This document shows positions 1-11,753 of a stretch of DNA of 64,000 bases, piece after piece. The notes below the pieces were generated by a model, which worked only from the letters and a program-made list of their open reading frames with translations, had not been told where the DNA came from and did no database searches. The position numbers and the translations under genes were made by a program. The stretch is from assembly GCF_963921235.1 (NCBI RefSeq), contig NC_086097.1:232936001-233000000 (forward strand), written 5' to 3'. This DNA is from Mobula hypostoma. Lineage: Eukaryota. Numbering within the stretch: the stretch's first letter is position 1; each line of letters opens with the position of its first letter.

Positions 1-740
1 TAAATAAATAATGCTGAGAATTAAGTTGTAGAGTCCTTGAAAGTGAGTCCATAGGTTGTGGAATTAATCCAGAGATGAGGTGAGTGAAGTTATCCATGTT
101 GGTTCAGGACCCTGATAATTGTAGAGTAATAACTTCCTGAACCTTGTGGTATGGGACTGAAGAATCTTGTACCTCCTTCCCAATAGCAGCAGCGAGAACA
201 GAACAAGGCCTGGATGGTGATGGATGCTGCTTTCTTGTGGCAGTACTCCTTGTGGATGTGGGAGGACTTTTCCTGTTATGAACTGGGACGTATCTACCAT
301 GTTTTGTAGGCTTTTCCATTTTTGAGCATTGGATTTTCAGTACCAGGCCATGATGAAACCAGTCAGGATACCCTCCACTGTGCATCAATAGAAGTTTGCC
401 AGACTTTTATATGACTGACCAAATATGCACAAATTTCTAAGAAAGTAGAGGCAATGCCATGTCTTCTTTGAGAAGGCACTTGTGAGCTAGCCCCAGGAGA
501 GATCCTCTGACATGATAATGCCCAGGAATTTAAAGTTATTGACTCTCTCCACTCTGATCTTCTTGTGAGGATTGACTCGTGGATCGCCTGGTTTCTTCTT
601 CCTGTTGACAATAATCAGCTATTTTATTTTTCCTGATGTTGAGTAAAAATTTGTTGATGCTGTGGCATCCTTTAACTGGATTTTCAATCTCCTATCTACA
701 TACCGATTCATCACCACCTTTATTTCACCAATAACAACCT
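1..740 (-). mobile_element. Rex1/Babar-type LINE, decayed 3' portion of RT ORF
   Basis: Minus-strand translation gives HHHPGLVLFSLLLLGRRYKILQSHTTRFRK, matching the Rex1/Babar C-terminal motif HP...LFSLLPSGRRYR...TTRF. Confidence 0.7.
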
Positions 741-1200
741 AACCCTTCCCTCTACCATAATTCCTTGTAAAGGTGTGATAAGTAAAATCTAACCATAATG
801 ACACAACATTCTTATATAAATAAAGGAGTTTAATACAGCAAACAGTATTTATTAAGTTTGATTTATATAAAATATCATCCAGATTTAGCTCAGTTATAAC
901 GGCACTTGAGATGTTGGGGATTAAATTCAATAAAATGTATTCAGCATTATTTTTGAAAATCAAAATATCCGTAGTCTACAGATTTCTGATTGATAGCATC
1001 GCTCGTTGTGGGCAGTGATAGCTGTTTAGATTCAAAGGTAACACCACTGGGCTGAGGTCACAGAAGCAGAAAGACCACTGAGTAATTGTATTTCTCTGGG
1101 GGAATAACTGAATCTCCAGCTAGCTTTATTGTGATGCATTTGTAGATGCCTTGCCAAATGTCAAATCCGTGGGGGATATTGTGACATCATCTCCCACATA

Positions 1201-3950
1201 TGCCCGTAGTATTGGAAACAAGGTTAGTGAATTTGTGGCATAGATCAGTACCAAGGTATATAATTTAGTGGCCATTACAGAATCCTGGTTGCAAGGTGAA
1301 GATGACTGGGAATTAAATATCCAGGGATATCAGGTAATATGGAAAGATAAGTAGGAAGGCAGAGGAGGTGGGGTGGCGCTCTTAATTAAGGATGAGATCA
1401 GGGTGATTGTGAAAGATGATATAAGATCTATGGAGCAGAATGCTGAGTCCATCTGGGTTGAGATTAAGAATAGTAAAGGGAAAAAAACACTGGTGGGAAT
1501 TGTCTATAGGCCACCTAATAAAAATATTGCAGTGGCAGAGGCGATTAACCAAGAAATAACTGAGGCTTGTAAGAACGGAACAGCAGTTGTCATGGGGATT
1601 TTAACCTCCACATAGATTGGGTGAATCAGGTTGGTCAAGGAACTCTTGAGGAGAACTTCATAGAATGCATCCATGATGGCTTTCTTAAGCAGCATGTTAG
1701 TGAACCTACAAGGGAAAATGCTATCTTAGATCTAGTCCTGTGCAATGAGACAGGTAAGATTAATGATCTTGTAGTCGGGGATCCTCTTAGAAAGAGTGAT
1801 CATAGTATGATTGAATTTTGCATTCAGATGGAGGATGAAATAGTTAGATCTAAAACTAGTGTATTATGCTTGAACAAGGGAGACTACAACAGGATGAGGG
1901 AGGAATTGGCTAATGTGGATTGGGAGCACAGGCTATTTGGTAGGACAGTTGCGGAACAGTGGAATACTTTCAAAGAGATTTTTCACAGTGCTCAACAAAA
2001 GTATATTCCAGTCAAAAGTAAGGACAGTAAGTGTGGGGAGAGCCAGCCTTGGATAAATAAGGAAATAAAATATAGTATCAAATTAAGAGCTCGTGTGTAC
2101 AAAGTCGCAAAGAGTAGTGGGAGACTGGAGGACTGGGAAAACTTTGAAATACAACAAAGAACAACTAAACAAGAAATAAGGAAAGGGAAGATAGAGTATG
2201 AAAGTAAATTAGCACAAAATATAAAAACAGATAGCAAAAGATTTATAAATATATAAAGTGGAAGAGGGTGGCTAAAGTCAACGTAGGTCCCTTGGAAGAT
2301 GAGTAGGGGAAATTAATATTGGGTGATAAGGAAGTGGCTGAGGCATTGAATGACTATTTTGCGTCTGTCTTCACAATGGAGGACATGTCTAATATACCAA
2401 AGAATGATGTTATGGACGAAATGAAAGGTGAGGACCTCGATAAAATCACTGTCACTAAAGAGATAGTGATGAGCAAACTAGAGGGCCTGAAGGTAGATAG
2501 TCCCCTGGTCCTGATGGGATGCATCCCAACGTGCTGTGGGAATTGATGGAGGTTATAGTAGACGTGTTGGTAATCATTTACCAAAATTCTCTAGATACTG
2601 GGCAGGTCTTGGTGGATTGGAAAACAGCAAATGTCATGCCACCTTTTAAAATAGGATGTAGGCAAAAGACCGGCAACTATAGGCCAGTTAGCTTAACATC
2701 TGTAGTTGGGAAAATGCTTGAAGCTGTCATTAAGGAAGAAATAGCGAAACATTTAGAAAGGTGTGGTTCCATTAGACAGATTCAACATGGATTCAGAAAG
2801 GGCAGGTCTTTGACAAACCTACTGGAGTTCTTTGAGGACATAATGAGTGCAGTGAATAGAGGGGAACAGGTGGATGTCGTATACTTGGATTTCCAGAAGG
2901 CGTTCGATAAGGTGCCGCACAAGAGACTTATAAATAAGATACGGATGCATGGAGTCAGAGGAAGTATATTGGCATGAATAGTGGATTGGTTAACCGATAG
3001 AAGGCAGAGAGTTGGTATAAATGGGTGTTTCTCTGGTTGGCAGTCAGTGGTGAATGGGGTGCCGCAGGGGTCGGTGCTGGGCTCACAGCTGTTTACCATA
3101 TACATTGATGATTTGGAAGAGGGGACTGAGTGTAGCATAGCAAAATTTGCTAATGACACTAAACTGAGTGGAAAAGAAATTGTACAGAGGATGTGGAGAG
3201 TCTGCAGAGGGATCCAGATAGGTTAAGTGAGTGGGCCAAGGTCTGACAGATGGAATACAACATTGATAAATGCGAGATCATCCACTTTGGAAGGAGTAAT
3301 AGAAGAGCAGATTATTATTTAAATGGTGAAAGATTGCAGCATGCTGTTGTGCAGAGGAACTTGGGAGTGATTGTGCATGAATCGCAAAAAATTGGCTTGC
3401 AGGTACAGCAGGTTATTAAGAAGGCAAACGGAATGTTGGCCTTCATTGCTAGAGGGATTGAATTCAAGAGCAGGGAGGTCATGCTGCAACTATACAGGGT
3501 ACTGGTGAGACTGCACCTGGAGTACTGTGTGCAGTTCTGGTCTCCATGCTTGAGGGAGGATATACTGGCTTTGGAGGCAGTGCAGAAGGAGGTTCACCAG
3601 GTTGATTCCAGGGATGAAGGGGTTAACCTATGAGGAGAGATTGAGTCACCTGGAACTATACTCTCTGGAATTCAGAACAGTGAGAGGGGATCTTATAGAA
3701 ACATACATAATTTTGAAAGGGATAGGTAAGATAGAAGTAGAAAAGTTGTTTCCATTGGTAGGTGAGGCTAGAACTAGGGGACATTGCCTCAAGATTCAGG
3801 GGAGAAGATTTAAGACAGAGATGAGGAGAAACTGTTTTTCCCAGAGAGTGGTGAATCTGTGGAATTCTCTGCCCAGGGAAGCAGTTGAGGCTTCTTCACT
3901 AAATATATTTAAGAAACAGTTAGATAGACTTTTACATAGTAGGGGAATTA
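1201..3950 (+). pseudogene. CR1 LINE ORF2 (APE endonuclease + reverse transcriptase), near full length, multiple stops and frameshifts
   Basis: Consecutive ORF pieces 1373-4033 carry VYRPP, ILDLV..SDH, NYRPVSLTS, YLDFQKAFDKVPH, GVPQGSVLG, KFAND and LEYCVQFWSP. Confidence 0.95.
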
Positions 3951-4084
3951 CAGGCAGCAGTGGGAATAGAAACCACGTCACCTGTACTGTAAAGCGTTTT
4001 GTTAATCAATATGCAACTGTGCCACCCAAGTAGAATTAGGGAGAGTTAATTGAATAGAAGTGTGGTAGACAGAATAATGAAAAT

Positions 4085-4505
4085 CTTCTCTCTTTTTCCA
4101 TTTCCCATTCTGACTAGTACTAATTCCTTCCCTTTTCCTCACCTGCCCATCACTTCCCTTGGGTGCCCCTCCTCTTTCCTTTTCTCCCACTGTGCACTGT
4201 CTTCTCCTATCAGATTCCATTTTCTTCAACCTTTGCCTCTCCCACCTATCACATCGCAGTTTCTCATTTCATCACCCTTCCCACCCACCCACCATCCCCC
4301 TCACCTGGTCTCACCTATCACATGCCAACTTGTGCTTCTTCTTCTTATTCCCCCTTTCCATTGCTGTCCTGATGAAGGGTCTCTGCCCGAAATATCGACT
4401 GTTTATTCCTCTCCATAGATGCTGCCTGATCTGCTGAGTTCCTCCAGCATTTTGTGTATGTTCCTCAAGATTTCCAGCAGCTGCAGAATCTCTTGTGTCT
4501 ATAAT
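4085..4505 (+). mobile_element. Penelope-like element 3'/pLTR fragment with hammerhead-like motif
   Basis: Pyrimidine-rich segment followed by GTC-CTGATGA-AGGGTCTCTGCCC-GAAA-TATC-GAC (4366-4399). The same terminus follows a GIY-YIG remnant at 49372-49803. Confidence 0.7.
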
Positions 4506-4834
4506 TAAAATCTTCCTCTGATGAATGCAGTAGATGAAGTTTGCATTCTGCTTTCTATTATTATCTTCATCCATTGCTATTGCAAGGAGAGGGTGCATTT
4601 GCGCCAGAGTTTTCAATTGTGATAAAGGCCAACCTGAAGAGGAGAACGAAGGAGAGGAGAGGGAAGAGACAACAATTCAGTGAGAGACTCCAATAAGAAT
4701 AATAATTCAAGTAGTATTTCTCCTTCACAAACCCAAGTGTAGACTAATTCGTTTGAGGTGTAGTGACTGAGACATGGTACATTCTGCTGTGACAGAGCAG
4801 GGTGTGAAAATGGCTGTGGCTCTCAATCTAAACT

Positions 4835-6748
4835 TCTTATCTAGTCATGGGGGATTGGGAAAATCAGGTTGGTACTGGATTTCAAGAGCGGAGGTTTCTA
4901 GAGTTCCTACTAGATGTGTTTTTAGAGTAATTTGTGGTTGAGCTCACAAGGGGACCAGCTATTTTGGACTGGGTGTTGGGCAATGAACTGGAATTGATTA
5001 GAAAGCCCAAGGTAAAAGAACCCTCAGGGGAAAGTGATCATAATATGATCAAATTCACTCTGAAACTTGAGAAGAAGAAGCTAAAGTCAAGTGTATTAAT
5101 ATTACAGTGAAATAAAGGGAGGAGAAGATGGCGGCGTGACACAGCGCGCGCGGCCTCTCCGGCGATGAATATCTGTAATCTGTCAAGTAGGATGCCGTGC
5201 ACAATTCTGATTTGATGGAGGCAGATGTGAGAGCACAGAGGAACATCTGGTGAAACTTCTGAAATGCCTGTTTCGCTGCTGCCGCTACTGTGTGATCCAA
5301 AATCTCTGGAGGGGAAGGCCTTGAGTCCTTGGCTCTGCCTGTTGCCTGGCAGCCGGGGCCGAGGTCGAAGCGCTCAGCAGAGATGGTGCTCGGTGCTTGG
5401 TGTCAGAGGGCTGGTCGGAGGCTCGAAGTTTTCGGACGGACTCAGAGTCGGACTGTGGTTGGGTGCTTCCAGGGTGCTGCATCAGCAAGTTTGCGGCGCT
5501 GGAAGCTCATGGCAGGGAGAATTTGTCCCTTCTACCGTCTGCGTGAGATGTTGGGGCTATCGGGACTTTGAGACTTTTTTTTACCGTGCCCATGGTCTGC
5601 TCTTATCAAATTACGGTATTGCTTTGCACTGATGTAACTATATGTTATAATTATGTGGTCTTTGTCAGTTTTAGTCTTGGTCTGTCTTGTGTTTCTGTGA
5701 TATCTTACTGGAGGAACATTGTATCATTTTTAATGCATGCATTTCTAAATGACAATAAACGAGGACTGAGTGTCCTCATAATCTAATCTAATTTAATTAT
5801 AGAGTCATGAGAGAGGAGTTGGCAAAAATTGATTAGAAAAGAACATTGGCAGGGATGTCAGCAGAGCTAAAATTTTGGGAAGCTATTTGGAAAGCACAGG
5901 ATATATACATCCCAAAGAGGAAGAAGTATTGAAAAGGCAAGATGACACAACCGTGGCTCACAAAAGAAGTTAAAGCCAACATAAAAGCCAAAGAGAGGGC
6001 ATTTAATAGAGCAAAAATTGGTGGGAGGATTGGGAAGCTTTTAAAAGCCCACAGAAGGCAACTGAAAAAGTCAGCATGAAGGAAAAGATGGAATACAAAG
6101 GTAAGTTAGTTAATAATATTAAAGAGGATGCCAAAAGTTATTTCAGATACGTAAGGTGTAAAAGAGAGGTGAGAGTGGATATTGGACCACTGGAGAACAC
6201 TGCTGGGGAGGTAGTAATGGTAGACAAGGAAATGGCAGACGAACTGAAAAAAGTATGTTGTGACAGTCTTCACTGTGGAAAACACCAGCAGTATGGTAGA
6301 TGTTCCAGAGTGTTATTTGTTAGAAATGTGTGAATTTGCCATTACTAGGGAGAGGGTTCTTGGGAAACTGAAAGGCCTGAGGTAACATAAATCACCAGGA
6401 ACAGATGGTGTACACCCCCAGGGTTCTGAAAGAAATGGCTGAAGAAGCATTAGTAATGATCTTTCTAGAATCACCAGGTTCTGAAATGGTTCCAGAAGAC
6501 CGGAAGATTGCAAGTATCACTTCACTCTTCAAGAATTGGGAGAGGCGAAGAAAGGAAACTATGGGTCAGTTAGTCTGAGATCAGTGGTTAGGAAGATGTT
6601 GTAATTTATTGTTAAGGATGCAGTTTCAGTGTACTTGGAGGCACATGCTAAAATAGGCTGTAGTCAGCATGGTTTTTGCAAGGAAAAATCTTGCCAGACA
6701 GATCTGTTGGAATTCTTTGAATAAATAACAAGCAGAACAGACAAAGGA
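4835..6748 (+). mobile_element. Decayed CR1 ORF2 fragment, interrupted by the 650-bp retroposon at 5118-5791
   Basis: Endonuclease ILDW/SDHN-like DNA before the insert continues after it; ORF 6076-6333 is homologous to CR1 ORF2. Confidence 0.85.
5118..5791 (+). mobile_element. ~650-bp non-autonomous retroposon, copy 1
   Basis: Starts GGAGGAGAAGATGGCGGCG and ends ATGACAATAAAC-GAGGACTGAGTGTCCTC-ATAATCTAATCTAA. Four further homologous copies lie in the window. Confidence 0.85.
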
Positions 6749-7048
6749 GCCTTCTTCACTGTGTACTACTCCCCTAATCTTGGTGTCATCATCAAGTTTG
6801 CTGATCCACTTAACCACATTATCATCCAGATCATTTATGTAGATGACAAACAACAATGGACCCAGCACTGACACCTGCGGTGTGCCACAAGTCACAGCCC
6901 TCCAGTCAGAAAGGCAACCATCTACAACCACTCTCTGGTTTCTTCCGCAATACCGATGTCTAATCCAATTTACTACCTCATCTTGTATGCCGAGTGACTG
7001 AACCTCCTTGACCAACCTCCCATGCGAGTCCTTGTCAAAGGTCTTCTT
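6749..7048 (-). mobile_element. CR1 RT fragment
   Basis: ORF 6626-7015 contains GTPQVSVLGPLLFVIYINDLD..SKLDDDTKI. Confidence 0.85.
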
Positions 7049-7434
7049 TCAGCTCACTATATTCATTCCTCGGGATCTAATCTCTATTTTATATTTGTAC
7101 CAACATGCACAATGATTTCTGGCTGTCCACCTTCCTCTTTGAGAATGTTCTGCAGCTGACCTGAGACCTCCTGAGGCAACGTCCAACCTTCGAGATGCCA
7201 ACCAGAATGAGAAACCAGCTATATTATAAATAGCAAACATGGATGAAGAGTAACAAATGGATCTCACTTGAACAAGAAATGTAACAGTCAAACCAGAAGA
7301 TTTATCTGCAAATCAACAATGGCTCAGTCTGAGATGGTAGCAACATTGCTATGAATGGTGGTGACTAACCCTGTGTGACTATAAAGAACTGTGAACCTAG
7401 GAGGAAACACTAGCCAATATTCTGCATCACTTCC

Positions 7435-8005
7435 TTCATATTGGTGAGATCCAGTGAGATTGGGGGACCACTTCATCGAACGCCTTTGCTCCATCCACCA
7501 CAAAAGCCAGGTTTTCTCAGAGGCCACCCATAGTGATTCTACTTCCCATTCCCATTCCAACATGTCGATGCCTGGCATCCTCTACTGCCACAATGGGGCA
7601 GCTCTCAGGTTAGAGGATCAACACTTCGTATTCCTTCTGGGTAGTCTCCAACCTGATGGCATGAATGTCAATTTCTCTAACTTCCAGCAATTTCTAACCA
7701 CTACCCCTTCTTTCTTATTCCATTCCCCATCCCGGTTCCCCTCTAATCCCTTCTCTTCACCTCACCTGTCCATCACCTCCCTCTGGTGCTCCTCCACCTT
7801 CCCTTTCTCCCGTGGACCATTCACCTCTCCTACCAGGTTCCTTCTTCTTCACCTTTTACCTGAAAAAAATGAATCTCAAGGTTGTATTTGCTGACATACA
7901 CGTTTTTTGATAATAACATTTACTTTGAACTTTGAACTTTACCACTTCATCTATCACCTAAGTTCTTACTTCATCCCCTCTCCCACTGCCTCCCACCTTA
8001 TCTCT
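7435..8005 (+). mobile_element. Penelope-like element fragment (GIY-YIG endonuclease C-terminus + 3' region)
   Basis: Translation RLGDHFIERL..THSDSTSHS..LRLEDQHFVFLLGSLQPDGMNVNFSNF, preceded by IGE-like codons; typical of Penelope GIY-YIG. Confidence 0.8.
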
Positions 8006-8479
8006 CACTTGCATAATCTTGTGTTCATAATATTCTCCACAGCAAGAGGAAGCAGCGCAGCCCTAGTGAGCTTCTGCTGAGTGCCTGAAGAGAAGTCTGG
8101 CATAATTCCATTGGAGAAGAGTGAGGCATGCTGATAGATCATGGCCTTGTGCATGTGCAGCGTGCTAAGGAAACTTCTGACATATCTGTCAATGTTGGCA
8201 TTCAATTCAATTGGCAGTGAAACAAATTCCAGTGTGATGTTATCAGTCTTGGTGTTAACAAGATCAGAAGAAGAAGATTATTTGTAATTGCAGACTTGAG
8301 CAGGTTACCTTGGCATCCATGGTAGATATGATCATACAGTATGTAGGATTATTTTAGCTTGTACCTAAAAAAAGTTAAAAATAATTTCTGGAGAAAATAA
8401 CTTAATGGGTATTGTTTCACTGGTGAAGAAACACTTGCATACAACAATGTTGCACAGCTATTTTGCACAATGAGATACG

Positions 8480-9030
8480 GCCAGAGTTGACCATGGATAT
8501 TATTTTCTAGCTCTCTAGCTACACAAGCTTGGGCAGTATGATATGGAGATCAAGCTGTTGCCCATGTATCACCCCCTCCCCCACCCCACGCATCTGATGA
8601 ACCCAATGGAATAGCAAAGACTGATACTGTACCAGCAATATCACAGGAGTTGCCAGACAACATTGAACTCAATGTAGGACTGCCTTAGGAACTCCAGCTC
8701 CGGATTTTTCCCTCAGGGTTTACTCCCAAAGCCTTCCCGATGAGTAGGTATAGACGCAAGACAGTGGAGGTTTGAGTTCAGAGCAAAATGAACTGCCAAC
8801 TATGGCTAATGAGTCCTGTTGGCTTGAAGCAACTGGTTTTAAGGCACCAGTAACCTACCTTGGCCCCTTCTCCTGTCAGTAGAAACGATTCTGTCAGACT
8901 TAGTAGCTAAGCCACATGTGAAGGCCAGGAAATGGACTTGGCTGTCAGAGGCTATTTGAGGTTAATGCCATTGGGAGCATTTAATAGGTAGTGGGAGCTT
9001 GTCCCCATTACCACCCCCAGCTATAACAAA
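8480..9030. repeat. Dispersed repeat, possibly an RTE-related non-autonomous element; inverted homologue at ~48110-48640
   Basis: Shared blocks in opposite orientation, e.g. CTCCGGATT..TTCCCTCAGGGTTTA here versus TAAACCCTGAGGGAACAATCCGGAG at 48375-48399. Confidence 0.55.
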
Positions 9031-9328
9031 CTTCAGGAACAATTTGTACAATGACAAGAGTTTTAAAACATTAGGGTGTGTCAACAAATCTCTCAAAATG
9101 GCAAACCTGTATAGCTGGCAAGGCTTTGATTTTGCCTTTGCCTTCAAGATGATGTACCAACAGGCAAATACTGACTGGAGAAGAAAGGTTAGAACCTTAG
9201 AGGTGTTCAGATGACTGACCCGTGAGGTTCTGAACAAGCATAATTCACTTATGTAGAAATAATTTACATGTACATTTAGTCCAATTTGATTGCAACCAGA
9301 TAATTGAAAAAAAAGAAATGAGAGATAA

Positions 9329-9520
9329 GGCAGTAATAGTGGAATGGTTAGTGAAATGCTTTACAGTATTTAGCTGCAAGATTGCTGTAAGATTTAGCTG
9401 TAAGATTGGGGTTCGACTCAATGGGCCAAATGGCCTACTTCTGCTCCTTGGTCTTACTCTCTGTAAGGAATTTGTACATTTTCCCTATGACTGTGTGTAT
9501 TTTTTCTGGGTGCTCCCAAC
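9329..9520 (+). mobile_element. V-SINE (HE1-like) fragment
   Basis: tRNA-like head with GGTTCGACTC B box, followed by V-domain-like TTTGTACATTTTCCCTATGACTGTGTG...GGGTGCTCC. Confidence 0.55.
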
Positions 9521-10290
9521 TATGATCCTTGTTCAACCACGACTCAGTGATGCCCATAATGTCATACCTGCCAATCTCTGACTGCGCCACAAGATCATCT
9601 ACCTTATTCCATATGCTGCGTATAACGCCTTCGGTTCTGTATTCATTGCCCTTTTCACTTTTGCCCCCATGTTCAATTCTTATCACTTTTTAAACTTTTT
9701 TGTCTTTTAAGTTATTAGTTAGACTTTCGTAATCTCTCCTGCACTCTCCTCCCCTTTTACTTTATCCTCACTTTTCCAAACTATTGAACTCTTAGACCTA
9801 ATATTTAGTTCCACACACACTTCAACCCATACTACTGCTGTGATTTTGCCCTATCATCTGCATATCCTTCCTCACAGTCTCACTACACACTGCCTCTGCT
9901 TGTATACCAACTGCCTTGTCACCTTTCCTGATTGCCATCCCCTGCCAAATTAGTTTAGTACCTTCCCAACAGCTCCTACAAACTTGCCTACAAAAATGTT
10001 GGTCTTCACCGAGCTCAGGTATAACCCTTGCTTTTTTATACAGGCTATCCTAACCCAGAAGAGATCTCAATGATCCAGAAATGTGGAACCCTTCCCCCTG
10101 CACCAGTTCCTCACCCATGCATTTATCCTATTCTTAACTGCATGGCACAGGCAGAAATCCAGAGAATACTATCCTTGAGGTCTTGCTTTTCAGTTTTATA
10201 TCCAAGTCCCTTTAGTCTCTTTTCAGGACCTTATCTCTTTTCCTACCTGGATTATTGGTACCAATATGTACTACGACTTCTGGCTGTTCA
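9521..10290 (-). mobile_element. Old CR1 fragment spanning the ORF1 end and ORF2 start
   Basis: Minus strand encodes TNIFVGKFVGAVGKVLN* (ORF1 end, ~9950-10003) and RSIWNKVDDL..YDIMGITESWL (ORF2 endonuclease start). Confidence 0.8.
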
Positions 10291-11334
10291 CTCACTCATG
10301 ACTGACCAAAGTGGATAGTTCGCTTTCAAGTTGGTATTGACATTGCCAGTTCTATTCATTGGGATCAGCAGCTCACAAACTATCCTCTTCACACCCTGTC
10401 ATGCATTTGTGGAAGAGTCTGTGGTTCCTATGTTGGCCTCATCAGTCACGAAGGAGCCACAAAATTGGTACGTGTTTATCTATATAATACATGTACATCA
10501 ATTGTTTTACATAAAATGCATTATGTTCACTTCTTGAAAACAGTAATTCACATTTTCATATTATTCAGGTTTAATGTCGACAGATGTCTTCTGCATATTC
10601 TTGATGCCCTCAAAAGTGTTGTTGCCATCAAGAGAGTTGGCTCAAGAGAGTTGTATCTTGACCCAATTTGGTGGTAGTTTGAGCTATTTCTTCCCATTGC
10701 ATTAATGTCTGGAATACATTCATTATCAAATAACTTTTCAATGTTCTTTTGCGTTTCTCTCACAAAGATTAAGTGTTTTATGTGTGCTAATTCTGTCTCC
10801 TATTTTCACAAAGCATATCTTTTTATTGAGTACGACCACTGTCCTATTTCCAAATGTACAAAATGAATTCTATTGATTTGTTTTAAACATCTCTCTTCAT
10901 GACTTGAATTGTAATTCTGTTTCTATTTCAACTGCTTCTCTTCCACTGACCACTCAAGATTTGGCTAAACTATGCTCAATTGTACTGTGAGACTTGCATG
11001 CATTAGTAACACAGCAAGAATATAATGGAATAATAGAATATTGTTCTTCCATTTAGCACAAAGTTTGCTAATCAATAAACTTGAATACCCTTGCAACATT
11101 GATTCCTTTGATACTTCTTAGTCTTCCCTGCATTGCATTATTTGATGTTCGATGATATCATGAAATTAGCATGTGCTTAATGCTATTTTCTTTCAGAAGG
11201 CACTGATATAGAAATGAAGGAAACTGAGGGCAGTTATCTTAGACTCTTTTTTCTGGTAAGCCATGCCATGAAAAAGTAATATCACAACAGATGTCACAAT
11301 GATCCATTTTGTGCAATGATCCATAAAGTTACCA

Positions 11335-11753
11335 TGCAGGTCAGGCAGTATCAATGGAAATGATAAAACAGTCAATGTTTCAGGCCAAGACCATTCATCA
11401 GCATCTTGGCCCAAAGAGTCAACTGTTTATTCCTATCCATAGATATTGTCTGTGGCCAAGTGGTTAGGGCGTCGGCCTAGTGATCTGAAGGTCACCAGTT
11501 CGAGCCTCAGCTGAGGCAACGTGTTGTGTCCTTGAGCAAGGCACTTAACCACACATTGCTCTGTGATGATACCAGTCCCAAGCTGTATCGGCCCTAGTGC
11601 CCTTCCCTTGGACAACATTGGTGGCATGGAGAGGGGATACTTACAGCATGAGCAACTGCCAGTCTTCCATACAGCCTTGCCCTGGAAACCTTCCAAGGCC
11701 CAATCGATGGTCTCACAAGACTAACAGATGCCTATTAGATATTGCCTGACCTG
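11335..11753. mobile_element. Fold-back Penelope-like pLTR remnant interrupted by a SINE
   Basis: Inverted arms GCAGGTCAGGCA... and ...TGCCTGACCTGC flank degenerate hammerhead-like halves. Confidence 0.6.
11449..11735 (+). mobile_element. tRNA-derived SINE with CORE-like middle segment
   Basis: A box TGGCCAAGTGG, B box GTTCGAGCC, then TGTGTCCTTGAGCAAGGCACTTAAC. 9-bp TSD TAGATATTG at 11440-11448 and 11736-11744. Confidence 0.8.

Noticed and set aside
5055..5786. Recurrent 60-120-aa ORFs in the 650-bp repeat copies
   Set aside because: Frames and lengths differ among copies and show no known motif; consistent with GC-rich non-coding repeat sequence.
11449..11520. Possible tRNA gene
   Set aside because: Continues into a SINE body and is bounded by a TSD; it is a SINE head.
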